The notes under the pieces were generated by a model. The model was not told where the DNA came from. It did not search any database and was given only the letters and a program-made list of their open reading frames with translations. Position numbers and translations under genes: made by a program. From NCBI GenBank assembly GCA_019695305.1, contig JAIBAG010000016.1, positions 1,161-65,160 on the forward strand: DNA of 64,000 nucleotides, in the 5' to 3' direction. Within the stretch, counting starts at the first letter, position 1. Each line of letters starts with the position of its first letter. Positions 26,027-35,146 of this stretch are shown here, in pieces. Source of the stretch: a bacterium. GTDB taxonomy: Bacteria; UBA10199; JAIBAG01.

Positions 26027-27357
26027 CAAGCCCCGACGACATCATCATTGATCTTAAAAAATACCGTACCCGTATTGCCAATTTAAATCCGTATCGTGTG
26101 AAGGGTAAAGTGGTAGAGCTTACCGGACTTGTGGTCAAAGCCATTGTGCCCAATGTGCGCGTAGGAGAGTTATGTCTTATTGAATCACGTCACAAAAATA
26201 AACCTATTAAAGCCGAAGTGGTAGGATTTAAAGACAACACCGTGCTGCTGATGCCGCTGGGTGAGTTGGAAGGTATTGGCCCTGGCAACGATGTTATTCC
26301 TACCGGTAATTGTCTGATGGTACCTGTGGGTAACGAACTGTTAGGACGTATTTTAGACGGTTTGGGCGAACCCATCGATACGGCCCAAAAAGGACCTCTT
26401 AAATGCCGCGAGTATTATCCTGTACACAATAGCCCCCCTGATCCTCTCACACGTAAACGTGTGCTCAAGCCTATTTCGGTAGGAGTAAAAGCTATCGATT
26501 CTATGCTGACAGCTGGTGAAGGTCAGAGAATGGGTTTATTTGCGGCGGCCGGTGTGGGTAAATCAGTTCTAATGGGTATGATTGCGCGCAACACAGAAGC
26601 CGACATTAACGTGATTTGTTTGGTGGGGGAGCGGGGACGAGAATTGCGAGATTTTTTGGAACAAGATTTAGGTGAGGAAGGCTTAAAGCGCTCTATTGTG
26701 GTGTGCTCTACATCCGATCAGCCTTCCCTGGTGCGTTCTAAAGCGGCCTATGTGGCAACGGCTATTGCCGAGTATTATCGCGACCAAGGTAAAAAAGTTT
26801 TATTAATGATGGATTCTGTAACGCGCTTTGCCCGCGCGCTTCGTGAAATTGGTTTGGCTGTGGGGGAACCCCCTGCGCGTCAGGGTTTTACGCCTTCCGT
26901 TTTTTCCACTCTTCCAAAATTGCTCGAACGAGCCGGTAATTCCGATAAAGGATCTATCACCGCTTTTTATACTGTGCTGGTAGAAGGCGACGATATGAAC
27001 GAACCTGTAGCCGATGAAGTGCGTTCTATTTTGGATGGGCACATTATTCTCTCACGTGATTTAGCCAATCGCGGTCAATATCCCGCTATTAACGTTTCGG
27101 AATCCATCAGTCGTGTGATGAGTAATATTGTGGATCAAGAACATTTGGATGCGTCGCGGAAATTAAAAGAAGTGGTAGCGAATTACGAAAAAGAACGTGA
27201 TCTCATTTTAATTGGCGCGTACGAGGCGGGTTCTAACCCGCAGGTGGATTATGCGATTGAGAAGATTGATGAGGTTAATAATTTTTTGAAGCAGGGGATG
27301 TATGATGAGATTGGTTTAGTGGAGGCGGTTGATCTTTTGAAATCTATTTTTGTTTGA
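26023..27357 (+). CDS. sctN: T3SS ATPase SctN (FliI/YscN family)
   Basis: 444 aa. Walker A GLFAAAGVGKSVL. Walker B VLLMMDSVTRFA. Typical EGDDMNEPVADEVRSILDGHI.LSR.LA.RG.YPAI. Confidence 0.95.
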   Translation: MTSPDDIIIDLKKYRTRIANLNPYRVKGKVVELTGLVVKAIVPNVRVGELCLIESRHKNKPIKAEVVGFKDNTVLLMPLGELEGIGPGNDVIPTGNCLMVPVGNELLGRILDGLGEPIDTAQKGPLKCREYYPVHNSPPDPLTRKRVLKPISVGVKAIDSMLTAGEGQRMGLFAAAGVGKSVLMGMIARNTEADINVICLVGERGRELRDFLEQDLGEEGLKRSIVVCSTSDQPSLVRSKAAYVATAIAEYYRDQGKKVLLMMDSVTRFARALREIGLAVGEPPARQGFTPSVFSTLPKLLERAGNSDKGSITAFYTVLVEGDDMNEPVADEVRSILDGHIILSRDLANRGQYPAINVSESISRVMSNIVDQEHLDASRKLKEVVANYEKERDLILIGAYEAGSNPQVDYAIEKIDEVNNFLKQGMYDEIGLVEAVDLLKSIFV

Positions 27358-27361
27358 GGGG

Positions 27362-27456
27362 AAGAGTAACCCCCTCCCGCTCCCCCTTAGTTTAAGGGGG
27401 AGAGAAAAGAAAGCCCCCTCCCTTAGGCTAAGGGAGGGTTGGGGTGGGTTACTCTT
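27362..27456. repeat. Structured intergenic repeat family B, copy 1 (double CCCTTA-NNN-TAAGGG hairpin inside an outer stem)
   Basis: Outer stem AAGAGTAACCC (27362-27372) pairs with GGGTTACTCTT (27446-27456). Hairpins at 27380-27402 and 27416-27438. It fills the sctN-sctO junction. A near-identical architecture occurs at 59091-59196. Confidence 0.8.
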
Positions 27457-27458
27457 AA

Positions 27459-27983
27459 ATGTTTTTTACGATGCCGAAGAAAGAAAAATACAGATTAGAG
27501 CCTCTTTTGAAAGTGAAGGAGAGAGCCAGACGAACCGCAGAGATTGCCTTGGCTAAGGCTATTAAACTTTTAAAGCAAGAACAGGAAAAGCTGGAATTAC
27601 TTAAAGGAAAAAAGACAGAGATTGAAGAAAAGAAAGAGAATACAAAAAGGGACTTACGCTCTAAAGTTTCGGAAGGCGGTTTAAAAATTAGACAAAGTGA
27701 GTTTCATTTTAATTTTATCCGTAAATTAGATGAAGATATTGAAAGCGTGAGCAGAGAAATTAAAGATCAGGAAGATGTGGTGGCAGAGGCGGATAAAAAA
27801 TTAAAAAGAGCGAAACGTGATTACATTGATGCGGCTACAGAGCTAGATGTTATGAAGAAACACAAAGAGTTATGGACCAAGAAATTAACCAAGAAATTAT
27901 CGGATAAAGAAAATAAAGAAATGGGTGAGCTTGGCAATGTTTTGTTTCAAATAACCAAAGGTCGCGAGGGTGCGGCTGGTTAA
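27459..27983 (+). CDS. sctO: T3SS stalk protein SctO (YscO/FliJ-like coiled coil)
   Basis: 174 aa. Highly charged coiled coil (YRLEPLLKVKERARR.AE.AL). Position directly after sctN. Alternative ATG at 27471. Confidence 0.65.
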   Translation: MFFTMPKKEKYRLEPLLKVKERARRTAEIALAKAIKLLKQEQEKLELLKGKKTEIEEKKENTKRDLRSKVSEGGLKIRQSEFHFNFIRKLDEDIESVSREIKDQEDVVAEADKKLKRAKRDYIDAATELDVMKKHKELWTKKLTKKLSDKENKEMGELGNVLFQITKGREGAAG

Positions 27984-27999
27984 GTAAAAATTAAAACTT

Positions 28000-28878
28000 A
28001 TGTCAATTGATTCAATAGATAATAACTCCGGCGATGATGACCGCCGGGCCGACCGCAAAAAAAGTGAAAATAAGTCGGCCGAAGAACGAAAATCGCTGGA
28101 GCGGGCTGGTCGTGATTTTAAAACGCGTCTTGAAAGCCAGTCGAAATCCCGTGAGATTTTTGAAAAGCAGCAAACTGAAAAATTTGTACAAAAAAATCAG
28201 GAAAATCTTTTAAATAAAATTTTAGAAACCCAACGTAAAAAAGAAGAAAACGCCAAGCAAGACCAGCATGAGCTTGATAAAAAGGAAGATAATAGAAAAG
28301 ACGCTAAAAAAGATGCTCGCCAAGCCTCGCAAAAGAAAAATGCTGACGGTGAAACGCATAAAAGAGTGGAGTCACATACGTCACACCATGGCCAAAGCGA
28401 TGACCAGGAGAGCTCTTCTTTTTCACAGGGCTCTGGTAGTGGCGGTAGTGGTGGCGGAGGGCAGCAGAAAGAATTTTCGGGAGATAAAGATAATAACAAA
28501 GGTGGCCAAGAACAGTTGATGTCGAATGATGAAAAGGGAACCTGGATTGGTCAAAAACAAAAGGTTCAAAAGGCTGAATTTAAATTTGGGGCGGGAAAGA
28601 ATACACGTAATTTTTTAAAGGATGAGGAGATTAGTGAAATTGTACACCAAGTAGTAATTGCCACCTATAGTGATGGTAACAAGGAAGTGGAAATTGTTTT
28701 AAAGGATGATGTGTTTTATGGACTAAAAATGAAATTTGCTCAAGGCGATGACGGTGTAGATGTAACCTTTATTTGCCCTAATTTAACGGTAAAAGGACTT
28801 TTTATTTTAAATAAGGCCAAAATATTTTTTAAACTCCAAGAAAAGGGAATTAAGCTCGGTAAATTTGAAATCATGTAA
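28000..28878 (+). CDS. sctP: T3SS needle-length/substrate-switch protein SctP (FliK/YscP-like)
   Basis: 292 aa. Charged, low-complexity N-terminal two thirds (Gly/Ser tract GSGSGGSGGGGQQ). Globular C-terminal ~90 aa (EIVHQVVIATYSDGNKEVEIVLKDDVFYGLKMKF..DGVDVTF) resembling the FliK/T3S4 C-domain. Position after sctO. Confidence 0.5.
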   Translation: MSIDSIDNNSGDDDRRADRKKSENKSAEERKSLERAGRDFKTRLESQSKSREIFEKQQTEKFVQKNQENLLNKILETQRKKEENAKQDQHELDKKEDNRKDAKKDARQASQKKNADGETHKRVESHTSHHGQSDDQESSSFSQGSGSGGSGGGGQQKEFSGDKDNNKGGQEQLMSNDEKGTWIGQKQKVQKAEFKFGAGKNTRNFLKDEEISEIVHQVVIATYSDGNKEVEIVLKDDVFYGLKMKFAQGDDGVDVTFICPNLTVKGLFILNKAKIFFKLQEKGIKLGKFEIM

Positions 28879-28879
28879 C

Positions 28880-29548
28880 ATGCGTTTTCCTTTACTCTCA
28901 TCTTTTAAAAACTTCACCCCCGCTACCTTGCGTTTTTTTTCACTTTTATCTCTTGTTTTTTTAGCACTTGGTTTTTTTATTATTATTACCTGGCAACTTA
29001 AAAACGGTACCTGGCTTAGAGACTGGGACGAAGTGTTTATCAATTATTTGGTTTCATTAAGACGTGATTCATGGAATGGACCTATGGTTGATATCACGGC
29101 TTTGGGCTCTGTTACCATTGAAGTTGTACTTTGTACGGTTTCTTTTATTTTTTTGTGGCTTGTAAAACGTGAAACGGAAGCCCTGTTTTTGGTTGTCGCT
29201 GTGAGTGGAGCGGGTTTGTTATCACGTTTTTTAAAATTAATGGTAGGTCGAGAACGGCCCTCGGTGCCTCACTTGGTAGAAGTAGTTAATTTTTCTTATC
29301 CCAGCGGCCATGCGCTAACCACAACCGCTCTTTTTTTAGCGCTTGCGCTTCTTGCCTCTCGACATGTTCAAAATACAAGCTCGCGTGTTGTTTTATTTGT
29401 TATGGCTTTTATTTTAATGGGTTTAGTTTCTTTTTCGCGTCTTTATTTGGGAGTTCATTATTTAAGCGATGTATTAAGCGGGGTTTTTTTGGGAATTTCC
29501 TGGACTTTGTTTCTTACTCTTCTCTTTTTTAAAAAAAGAACACTATGA
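28880..29548 (+). CDS. PAP2-family lipid phosphatase
   Basis: About 222 aa from the ATG at 28880, 2 nt after the sctP stop. PAP2 motifs KLMVGRERP, PSGH and SRLYLGVHYLSD. Multiple TMs. Confidence 0.8.
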   Translation: MRFPLLSSFKNFTPATLRFFSLLSLVFLALGFFIIITWQLKNGTWLRDWDEVFINYLVSLRRDSWNGPMVDITALGSVTIEVVLCTVSFIFLWLVKRETEALFLVVAVSGAGLLSRFLKLMVGRERPSVPHLVEVVNFSYPSGHALTTTALFLALALLASRHVQNTSSRVVLFVMAFILMGLVSFSRLYLGVHYLSDVLSGVFLGISWTLFLTLLFFKKRTL

Positions 29549-30031
29549 ATGGGGAAGCCTTGATTCATCAATCATGGCGGGATAGCCTGTGATGCCATAG
29601 AGAGTGGTTTGATAGCCGCTTTTGTTTAATTTTTTGGTAAAGCGTTCTATATCTACAACAGCATTAAATTTTTTTTGTGCTGCTAAAAAAGCTAGTTTTA
29701 AAACCGCGTTTTGTTTGTCTTCGCAATTTTCAATAGTAATTTTACCGTTAGAGCGTTTGATGAGGGGTACTTGTTTATCACCTTTATCAAATAGAAAAAG
29801 ATTTTCTGCCTTTTTAAGAGTAATATTATAAGTTTCTTGAGCCGGTGCCACTGTGCTATCGTAACAAGATCCGCAATAAGTGCTGTGTTTTAAATTGTCG
29901 GGAATAATTTCTAAAAAGGAAAAAGAAGTATTGTCTAAAAACTGCGTGCAGTTTTTGCATAATATATGGTGGCACAAGCTACAGGTGTAGCTTTGTTTTA
30001 AATTAGATTTTAAACAGGAAGAACAAGTCAT
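29543..30031 (-). CDS. Cys-rich (zinc-ribbon-like) protein with YbjQ-like C-terminal region
   Basis: 162 aa. CxxC..CxxC..CxxC and CGSC motifs at the N-terminus. 4-nt overlap with the upstream MFS gene. Confidence 0.5.
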   Translation of the reverse strand: MTCSSCLKSNLKQSYTCSLCHHILCKNCTQFLDNTSFSFLEIIPDNLKHSTYCGSCYDSTVAPAQETYNITLKKAENLFLFDKGDKQVPLIKRSNGKITIENCEDKQNAVLKLAFLAAQKKFNAVVDIERFTKKLNKSGYQTTLYGITGYPAMIDESRLPHS

Positions 30032-31251
30032 TGTATTCTTTCGTAAGTTTTAAGTTCTGGGAAAAAACGAGACCAGGCCCAAACAATGCCCATGGTGGCA
30101 AATCCTCCCAGAACCACCGTAGGAACAGTACCTATAAGACTAGCAACGGCTCCCGATTCAAACTCACCCAATTCGTTAGAGGCACCAATAAACACCAAAT
30201 TAACAGCGCTCACGCGTCCGCGCATTTCTTCTGGAGTTTCCATTTGCACCATAATTCCGCGGATAACTACACTAATCATATCGGCTGCTCCTAAAATAAA
30301 AAGAGCTGAAAGCGACAGGAAGAAATTTTTGGATAAACCAAACACAACTGTAAAGACCCCAAAAATAAATACAGCCTTTAGCATGGTAAGGCCGGTTTTA
30401 TTTTTGATGGGATAATGAGCTAAATAGATAGCCATGAGAGCCGCGCCCACAGACGGAGAAGCGCGTAAAATTCCTAAGCCTTTGGCTCCGACATGTAAAA
30501 TATCGTTCGCATATACGGGTAATAACGCTACGGCTCCTCCAAAAAGAACGGCAAAAAGATCTAAAGAGATAGTCCCCAAGATAATTTTTTTATGAAATAC
30601 AAATCTCACGCCGGCAAGTAATTCATGCCAGCTATGCACTTCTTTGCGTAGCGGGGTTGGGCGTTTGGCAATAGGGTTTATGAGTAAATACGAGAGAAAG
30701 CGCATAGCAGTCACAATAATGAGAACTTCACGTGGACTGGAGGAAAAAGCGTAAATAAAGCCTGCTAAAGCAGGGCCTGCAATAAACGCAAGCTGCATGT
30801 TAGAAGAATTCCAGGCAACAGCATTTCCAAAATGATTTTTGGGAATCATATCGGGTAAAAATGAAAAACTAGCAGGCCCATCAAAAGCATATGCCGCTCC
30901 CAATATAAAGAGAAGAGGGTATACTAGCATGATGGGGAGTTTGCCGGTAAAATATAAAGCGGTCATCAACACCATCACAAAAAACTGAGCCAGGCGAGAG
31001 AGTAAAATGAGCAATCTACGGTCATAAATGTCGGCCAAGTGGCCTGCAGGAACCGTAAAAATAAATTTAGGTAAAAAGAGAGAAAGTCCAAGCCAACCTA
31101 AGTGGAGAGGGTTTTTGGTGACTTGGTAAAGATATTGCGCCATGGCAACAGCCAGCATTTGGTGTGAAGCTAAAGCCAAAAAACGTGCTGCCGAGTAATA
31201 GCGAAAATCGGGATGGCTAAAGGCTATAAAGGGGGATTCATTTCTTTCCAT
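30028..31251 (-). CDS. MFS transporter
   Basis: 407 aa, about 12 TMs. MFS loop motif GHLADIYDRR. Confidence 0.8.
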   Translation of the reverse strand: MERNESPFIAFSHPDFRYYSAARFLALASHQMLAVAMAQYLYQVTKNPLHLGWLGLSLFLPKFIFTVPAGHLADIYDRRLLILLSRLAQFFVMVLMTALYFTGKLPIMLVYPLLFILGAAYAFDGPASFSFLPDMIPKNHFGNAVAWNSSNMQLAFIAGPALAGFIYAFSSSPREVLIIVTAMRFLSYLLINPIAKRPTPLRKEVHSWHELLAGVRFVFHKKIILGTISLDLFAVLFGGAVALLPVYANDILHVGAKGLGILRASPSVGAALMAIYLAHYPIKNKTGLTMLKAVFIFGVFTVVFGLSKNFFLSLSALFILGAADMISVVIRGIMVQMETPEEMRGRVSAVNLVFIGASNELGEFESGAVASLIGTVPTVVLGGFATMGIVWAWSRFFPELKTYERIQ

Positions 31252-31339
31252 AAAGGCAGTTGTTGTAACAGGGGTAATAAGGGCCTTTTAAGCCTATTTT
31301 TCTTGAGAACTCACAGTTCCTGATATACACTCTCAACCC

Positions 31340-32278
31340 ATGGCGCTCAAGGCCCAAGTTGAAACATTTCCATTTGATAAATTACCCCGATTCACGCGTG
31401 CAGAATGCGAAGTGGTTTCGTTTATGGCCAAATATTTTCCAGTGTCGTTTGCCGATTCTGCCCTCCTAGATCAGCTGGGGCGTTCTCTTAAAAAATATTT
31501 TGGTGATGCATTTTCAATTAATTTTGAAAATATGGAAGAAATTGCACTCGATAATTTAAACGCAAAAATTGCTGGCAAGTGTGTTGTGGCTGCCGTTTCC
31601 TTGACTCCCTATACCAAAAAGCTTATCATCACCTCCGATTTAGACTTAACAACAGCTATTATCGACAAAGCACTGGGTGGTGGCGGTGAAGTTCCTGAGG
31701 TTCCGGGCGAGTTGACTGCATTAGAAGAGGGCGTTCTCGAATTTGTGGCAGCCAAGGTGTTAAAAGCGCTCAATGGTGTTACGGCTAGTCCTTCACATCG
31801 TTTTATTTTAGAATCGCTTGAAACGCGGCGTTTTAAGTCGGAAGTACTTTATGTGTCTACCGAACGTTTTTATGTTCTGCGATTTTTGGCTGCTGTAAAC
31901 AACGTGTCGGGAATTATTGCTGTTCATATTCCGTTGTCGCTTTTGTTTGAAATGAAAGGACGTAGCGATATTTTTGCAGCTAACGAAAATATGCGCTATC
32001 AAACGCAACGTCTAAAAGATTTTGATAATTTAAGAACGGTGTTGTGGGGTGAGTTGGGGCATGTTTTGTTACACCCTCAAGATTTAAACATTTTAGACCG
32101 TGGTGATGTTGTTTTATTTGATGAAACTGATGCAAGTTTGATGGATGGAAAAGTAAAAGGAACTATTAAACTGCGTTTTGGTGATGGACGTGGAGCCGGT
32201 TTTGAGGCTTTTGTTGAAGCAGATCATACGTCCGATTATCAGGTAAAATTGGGTTCGATGTTATCTAAAGAGGAGTGA
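31340..32278 (+). CDS. sctQ: T3SS sorting-platform protein, SctQ N-terminal-type (FliM/HrcQa-like)
   Basis: 312 aa. LPRFTRAE......., GELTALEEGVLEFVAAKVL pattern typical of SctQ/FliM. Followed by a separate SpoA-domain gene with a GTGA overlap. Confidence 0.6.
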   Translation: MALKAQVETFPFDKLPRFTRAECEVVSFMAKYFPVSFADSALLDQLGRSLKKYFGDAFSINFENMEEIALDNLNAKIAGKCVVAAVSLTPYTKKLIITSDLDLTTAIIDKALGGGGEVPEVPGELTALEEGVLEFVAAKVLKALNGVTASPSHRFILESLETRRFKSEVLYVSTERFYVLRFLAAVNNVSGIIAVHIPLSLLFEMKGRSDIFAANENMRYQTQRLKDFDNLRTVLWGELGHVLLHPQDLNILDRGDVVLFDETDASLMDGKVKGTIKLRFGDGRGAGFEAFVEADHTSDYQVKLGSMLSKEE

Positions 32279-32742
32279 GCGTGGCAAATAAAGATCCTTT
32301 TGATGAAGAATTAATGGCAGAGCTGGGTTTAGAGCCTGGGAAAGCGGCACCTGCTAAAGCTGCGGCTCCCAAGCCACCGGTTACACAACAACGTGCTCCC
32401 ATAACTCCTCCTGCCAGTCAGCCTAAAACAGCTGATCCGGTAACGGGTAAAACACAAATTGTAGAACGTCCCAAGCCAAGTGCGCCTCCTGCATCTCAAG
32501 TAAGCCCTGCCGATAACGAACAAGTGGCTTTGGATATGCCCGTACAGGTAGTGGCAGTATTGGGTAAAAAAACAATTACCTTAAAAGAAATTTTATCTCT
32601 TAAACAGGGCGAGCTTTTTGAACTAAAAAAATTACCTCAAGAACAAATTGATCTTGTTGCTAATGGTAAATTAGTAGCTCGCGGTGATTTGGTGTTAATA
32701 GACGGTAAAATGGGATTGCAGATTAAACAAATTATTAAATAA
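32275..32742 (+). CDS. T3SS SpoA-domain protein (SctQ-C / FliN / HrcQb-like)
   Basis: 155 aa. Pro/Ala-rich N-terminus. C-terminal SpoA domain (VQVVAVLGKKTITLKEILSLKQGELFELKK......DLVANGKLVARGDLVLIDGKMGLQI). Confidence 0.8.
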   Translation: MSVANKDPFDEELMAELGLEPGKAAPAKAAAPKPPVTQQRAPITPPASQPKTADPVTGKTQIVERPKPSAPPASQVSPADNEQVALDMPVQVVAVLGKKTITLKEILSLKQGELFELKKLPQEQIDLVANGKLVARGDLVLIDGKMGLQIKQIIK

Positions 32743-32765
32743 TTGTCGGTGATATTTTTTACTCC

Positions 32766-33083
32766 ATGATATATTTTTTAGCACAAATTGATTCTGCTGC
32801 CGCTACAACCGAAATGTCGTTTGGGTGGCTACTTGTTAAAACACTCTTGGCTTTGGCTTTTATTTTGGCATTGGCCTTTGTGTTTATTCGTTTTTTGCTT
32901 CCCAAACTTAACTTTGCCCAAAACATTAAGCAAAATGTGCCGGTTAAAATTTTATCGCGCACGGGTTTAGAAGCCCGCAAGGCTTTGTATGTGATTGAAG
33001 TAGGAAAAAAGAAAGCGCTTATTGCTGCTACCGATCACAATGTTACTAAAATTTTTGATTTAAACGACGACGACCTCAAGTAA
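32766..33083 (+). CDS. FliO-like single-pass membrane protein
   Basis: 105 aa. TM (LLVKTLLALAFILALAFVFIRFLL) followed by VKILSRTGLEARKALYVIEVGKKKALIAATDHNVTKI. This parallels E. coli FliO ..LKISASASLGARERVVVVDVEDARLVLGVTAGQINLL. Directly upstream of sctR. Confidence 0.6.
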   Translation: MIYFLAQIDSAAATTEMSFGWLLVKTLLALAFILALAFVFIRFLLPKLNFAQNIKQNVPVKILSRTGLEARKALYVIEVGKKKALIAATDHNVTKIFDLNDDDLK

Positions 33084-33088
33084 GGGGG

Positions 33089-33826
33089 ATGTTCATGATG
33101 AGTTTTGTTCCTTTTATGGCGCAGTTAGCACCGGCAGGTCAGCCCATTGCGCAGCCTGTAGTGATCCTCATCTTTTTAGTTATCTTGTCACTGGCACCTT
33201 TTTTGGTGATGATGATGACTTCCTTTGTTAAAATCACCGTTGTTTTTTCGCTCATCCGTACGGCTTTGGGTACGCAACAAATTCCTCCTAATCAAATTAT
33301 TACGGGACTAGCACTCATTCTTACTATTTATGTAATGATCCCGGTTGGTGCCGATATTTACGACAATGTAAAAAGTACCATTCATGATACGGGCAGTAAT
33401 CAACCCATTATGTCGATGGCTTCAATTGATGTTTTAAAGCAAGCATTTGATAAGGGTAAAGAACCCATGCGCGCTTTTTTAACCAAGCATGCTTCTACCA
33501 AAGACAGAAGCCTCTTTTTTAACATGGCTAAAAAATTGCGCGCTAACAGTACCAGCACATCCATTGCCGAAATTGGGGAAAACGATTTTATTGTACTGGT
33601 TCCGGCCTTTATGATTACTGAGCTTGCCGAGGCCTTTCAAATTGGTTTTATTTTGTTTTTACCCTTTTTAGTAATCGATATGGTGGTATCCAATATTCTC
33701 CTCGCTATGGGTATGTTCATGGTGTCGCCTGTGACCATTTCGCTTCCGTTTAAACTACTCTTGTTTGTACTGGTAGATGGATGGTATCTTATCACGCAGG
33801 GGCTTGTGATGGGGTATGTGAACTAA
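33089..33826 (+). CDS. sctR: T3SS export apparatus protein SctR (FliP family)
   Basis: 245 aa. MTSFVKITVVFSLIRTALGTQQIPPNQIITGLALILT. FLPFLVIDMVVSNILLAMGM. Confidence 0.93.
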   Translation: MFMMSFVPFMAQLAPAGQPIAQPVVILIFLVILSLAPFLVMMMTSFVKITVVFSLIRTALGTQQIPPNQIITGLALILTIYVMIPVGADIYDNVKSTIHDTGSNQPIMSMASIDVLKQAFDKGKEPMRAFLTKHASTKDRSLFFNMAKKLRANSTSTSIAEIGENDFIVLVPAFMITELAEAFQIGFILFLPFLVIDMVVSNILLAMGMFMVSPVTISLPFKLLLFVLVDGWYLITQGLVMGYVN

Positions 33827-33827
33827 T

Positions 33828-34094
33828 ATGGAATCGTATACAATTGCTATTAGTAAACAGTCGCTTTATTTGGTGCTCTTGCTTTCGGCGCCTCCTGTGT
33901 TGGCTGCCATGGTGGTGGGGCTACTTGTTAGTTTGGTGCAGGCTACTACGCAAATTCAGGAGCAAACTCTTACTTTTGTTCCTAAAATGGCAACAGTTAT
34001 TGTGGTATTGGCGCTTTTGGGGCCCTTGGGCATGGCCTACATGATTTCATTTACCAAAACTTTGCTAGAAACATTTCCAACGTATATTCATTAA
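33828..34094 (+). CDS. sctS: T3SS export apparatus protein SctS (FliQ family)
   Basis: 88 aa. Two TMs. LVSLVQATTQIQEQTLTFVPK motif. Confidence 0.9.
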   Translation: MESYTIAISKQSLYLVLLLSAPPVLAAMVVGLLVSLVQATTQIQEQTLTFVPKMATVIVVLALLGPLGMAYMISFTKTLLETFPTYIH

Positions 34095-34107
34095 CAAACT
34101 CTTTGCC

Positions 34108-34938
34108 TTGATCATGTCGGTACTAGAAAAAATTTTTGGAATTAATGTTGATTATTTTGCAGCCTTTATTACCTGGGCGTTGCTGCTTACCCGTATTTTG
34201 GTGGTATTGCTGCTTATTCCTTTTATGGGAGGAAAACTAGTGCCCGCCCGTTCGCGCCTGGCTACGGCTGCTTTAATGGCTACCTATTTATTTGTGGTTT
34301 TATACCCTTCACTAAAAACACAGTTCCCCGACGATAAAGCCATTTTATTTGCACTTTTTTTTAAAGAGATTTTTTTTGGGATGACTATTGGTTTTGTGAC
34401 CATGATGACTTTTTATGCCTTGGAAGGTGCAGGACGTATTGTGGATATGCAGCGTGGTACGGCCAATGCCATGCTTTTTATGCCGCAACTGGGCCAGGTA
34501 TCTATTTTTGGTTTGTTTAATTACTGGTTAGCGGTGGCTTTCTTTTTATCCATTGGTGGTCATCGGTATTTTTTTGAGGCATTTTTTTCGGCCTATAAAA
34601 TATTACCTCTTTTAACCTTGCCGCAAATAGCACCGGGATTTTCTCCATTTTTGGAATTTTTTATTAAACTTTCGGCCAACGTTTTGATTATTGCCATTCA
34701 ATTATCGGCACCCGTGCTTATTGCCATTTTACTGGTAGATGTGGTGTTGGGGATTGCCAATAAAATGGCCCCGCAAATTAACGTGTTTGAGTTAGGTTTT
34801 GCCGTAAAAGGATTTGTAGGGCCTCTTATGATATATGTATCACTTTTGGTTTTGGTATCTCAAATGGATGTGGTGATGAAAACCATGATCACCTCCATTG
34901 ATATGCTGGCCAAACTGTTAGCCCATAATAGCCCCTAA
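34108..34938 (+). CDS. sctT: T3SS export apparatus protein SctT (FliR family)
   Basis: 276 aa polytopic. GGRIVDMQRG and LGIANKMAPQINVF motifs. Start is TTG at 34108 or ATG at 34114. Confidence 0.9.
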   Translation: MIMSVLEKIFGINVDYFAAFITWALLLTRILVVLLLIPFMGGKLVPARSRLATAALMATYLFVVLYPSLKTQFPDDKAILFALFFKEIFFGMTIGFVTMMTFYALEGAGRIVDMQRGTANAMLFMPQLGQVSIFGLFNYWLAVAFFLSIGGHRYFFEAFFSAYKILPLLTLPQIAPGFSPFLEFFIKLSANVLIIAIQLSAPVLIAILLVDVVLGIANKMAPQINVFELGFAVKGFVGPLMIYVSLLVLVSQMDVVMKTMITSIDMLAKLLAHNSP

Positions 34939-35079
34939 GGGCTATAAGCCTGGGGTGCAGGCTCCTCTTTTTCAATGTTTTCGAGGGTTTTGGCCCTCCC
35001 TCGCTTTGACCTCCTTCCGGTTTCATGCTTATAAGTATTTGAAATTATTATATATTATTTATTGTCTTTGGGCGCAATT

Positions 35080-35095
35080 TGGCATGGAGGTTGCT
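35080..35095 (+). promoter_or_regulatory. Sigma-54 (-24/-12) type promoter upstream of the acidic-protein/chaperone genes
   Basis: TGGCAT-GGAGG-TTGCT, near-perfect consensus. AT-rich tract upstream. 52 nt upstream of the ATG at 35147. Confidence 0.6.
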
Positions 35096-35146
35096 TTATA
35101 CCCTGTAGAGACCTGTCTAACTTTAAACAGGCTTTAAGGAGATTAT

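Noticed and set aside
27350-27556. 68-aa ORF (NPLPLPLSLRGREKKAPSLRLREGWGG..) and the N-terminal extension of the 59136 ORF (SSSLKVREETEVG..)
   Set aside because: Both are translations of repeat family B hairpins. The same DNA element occurs at both sites, and the real genes start downstream (27459 and 59211).
20095-34938. Interpreting the locus as an ordinary flagellar fli gene cluster
   Set aside because: The ring protein is a 296-aa lipoprotein of SctJ type rather than FliF. Three LcrH/SycD-class chaperones and a needle-like C-terminus are present. No rod, hook, flagellin or motor genes are seen. This remains to be excluded with the whole genome.
34955-35137. 60-aa ORF in the sctT-35147 intergenic region
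   Set aside because: It overlaps the sigma-54 promoter and an AT-rich tract, starts with a non-ATG codon, has no RBS and has non-protein-like composition.
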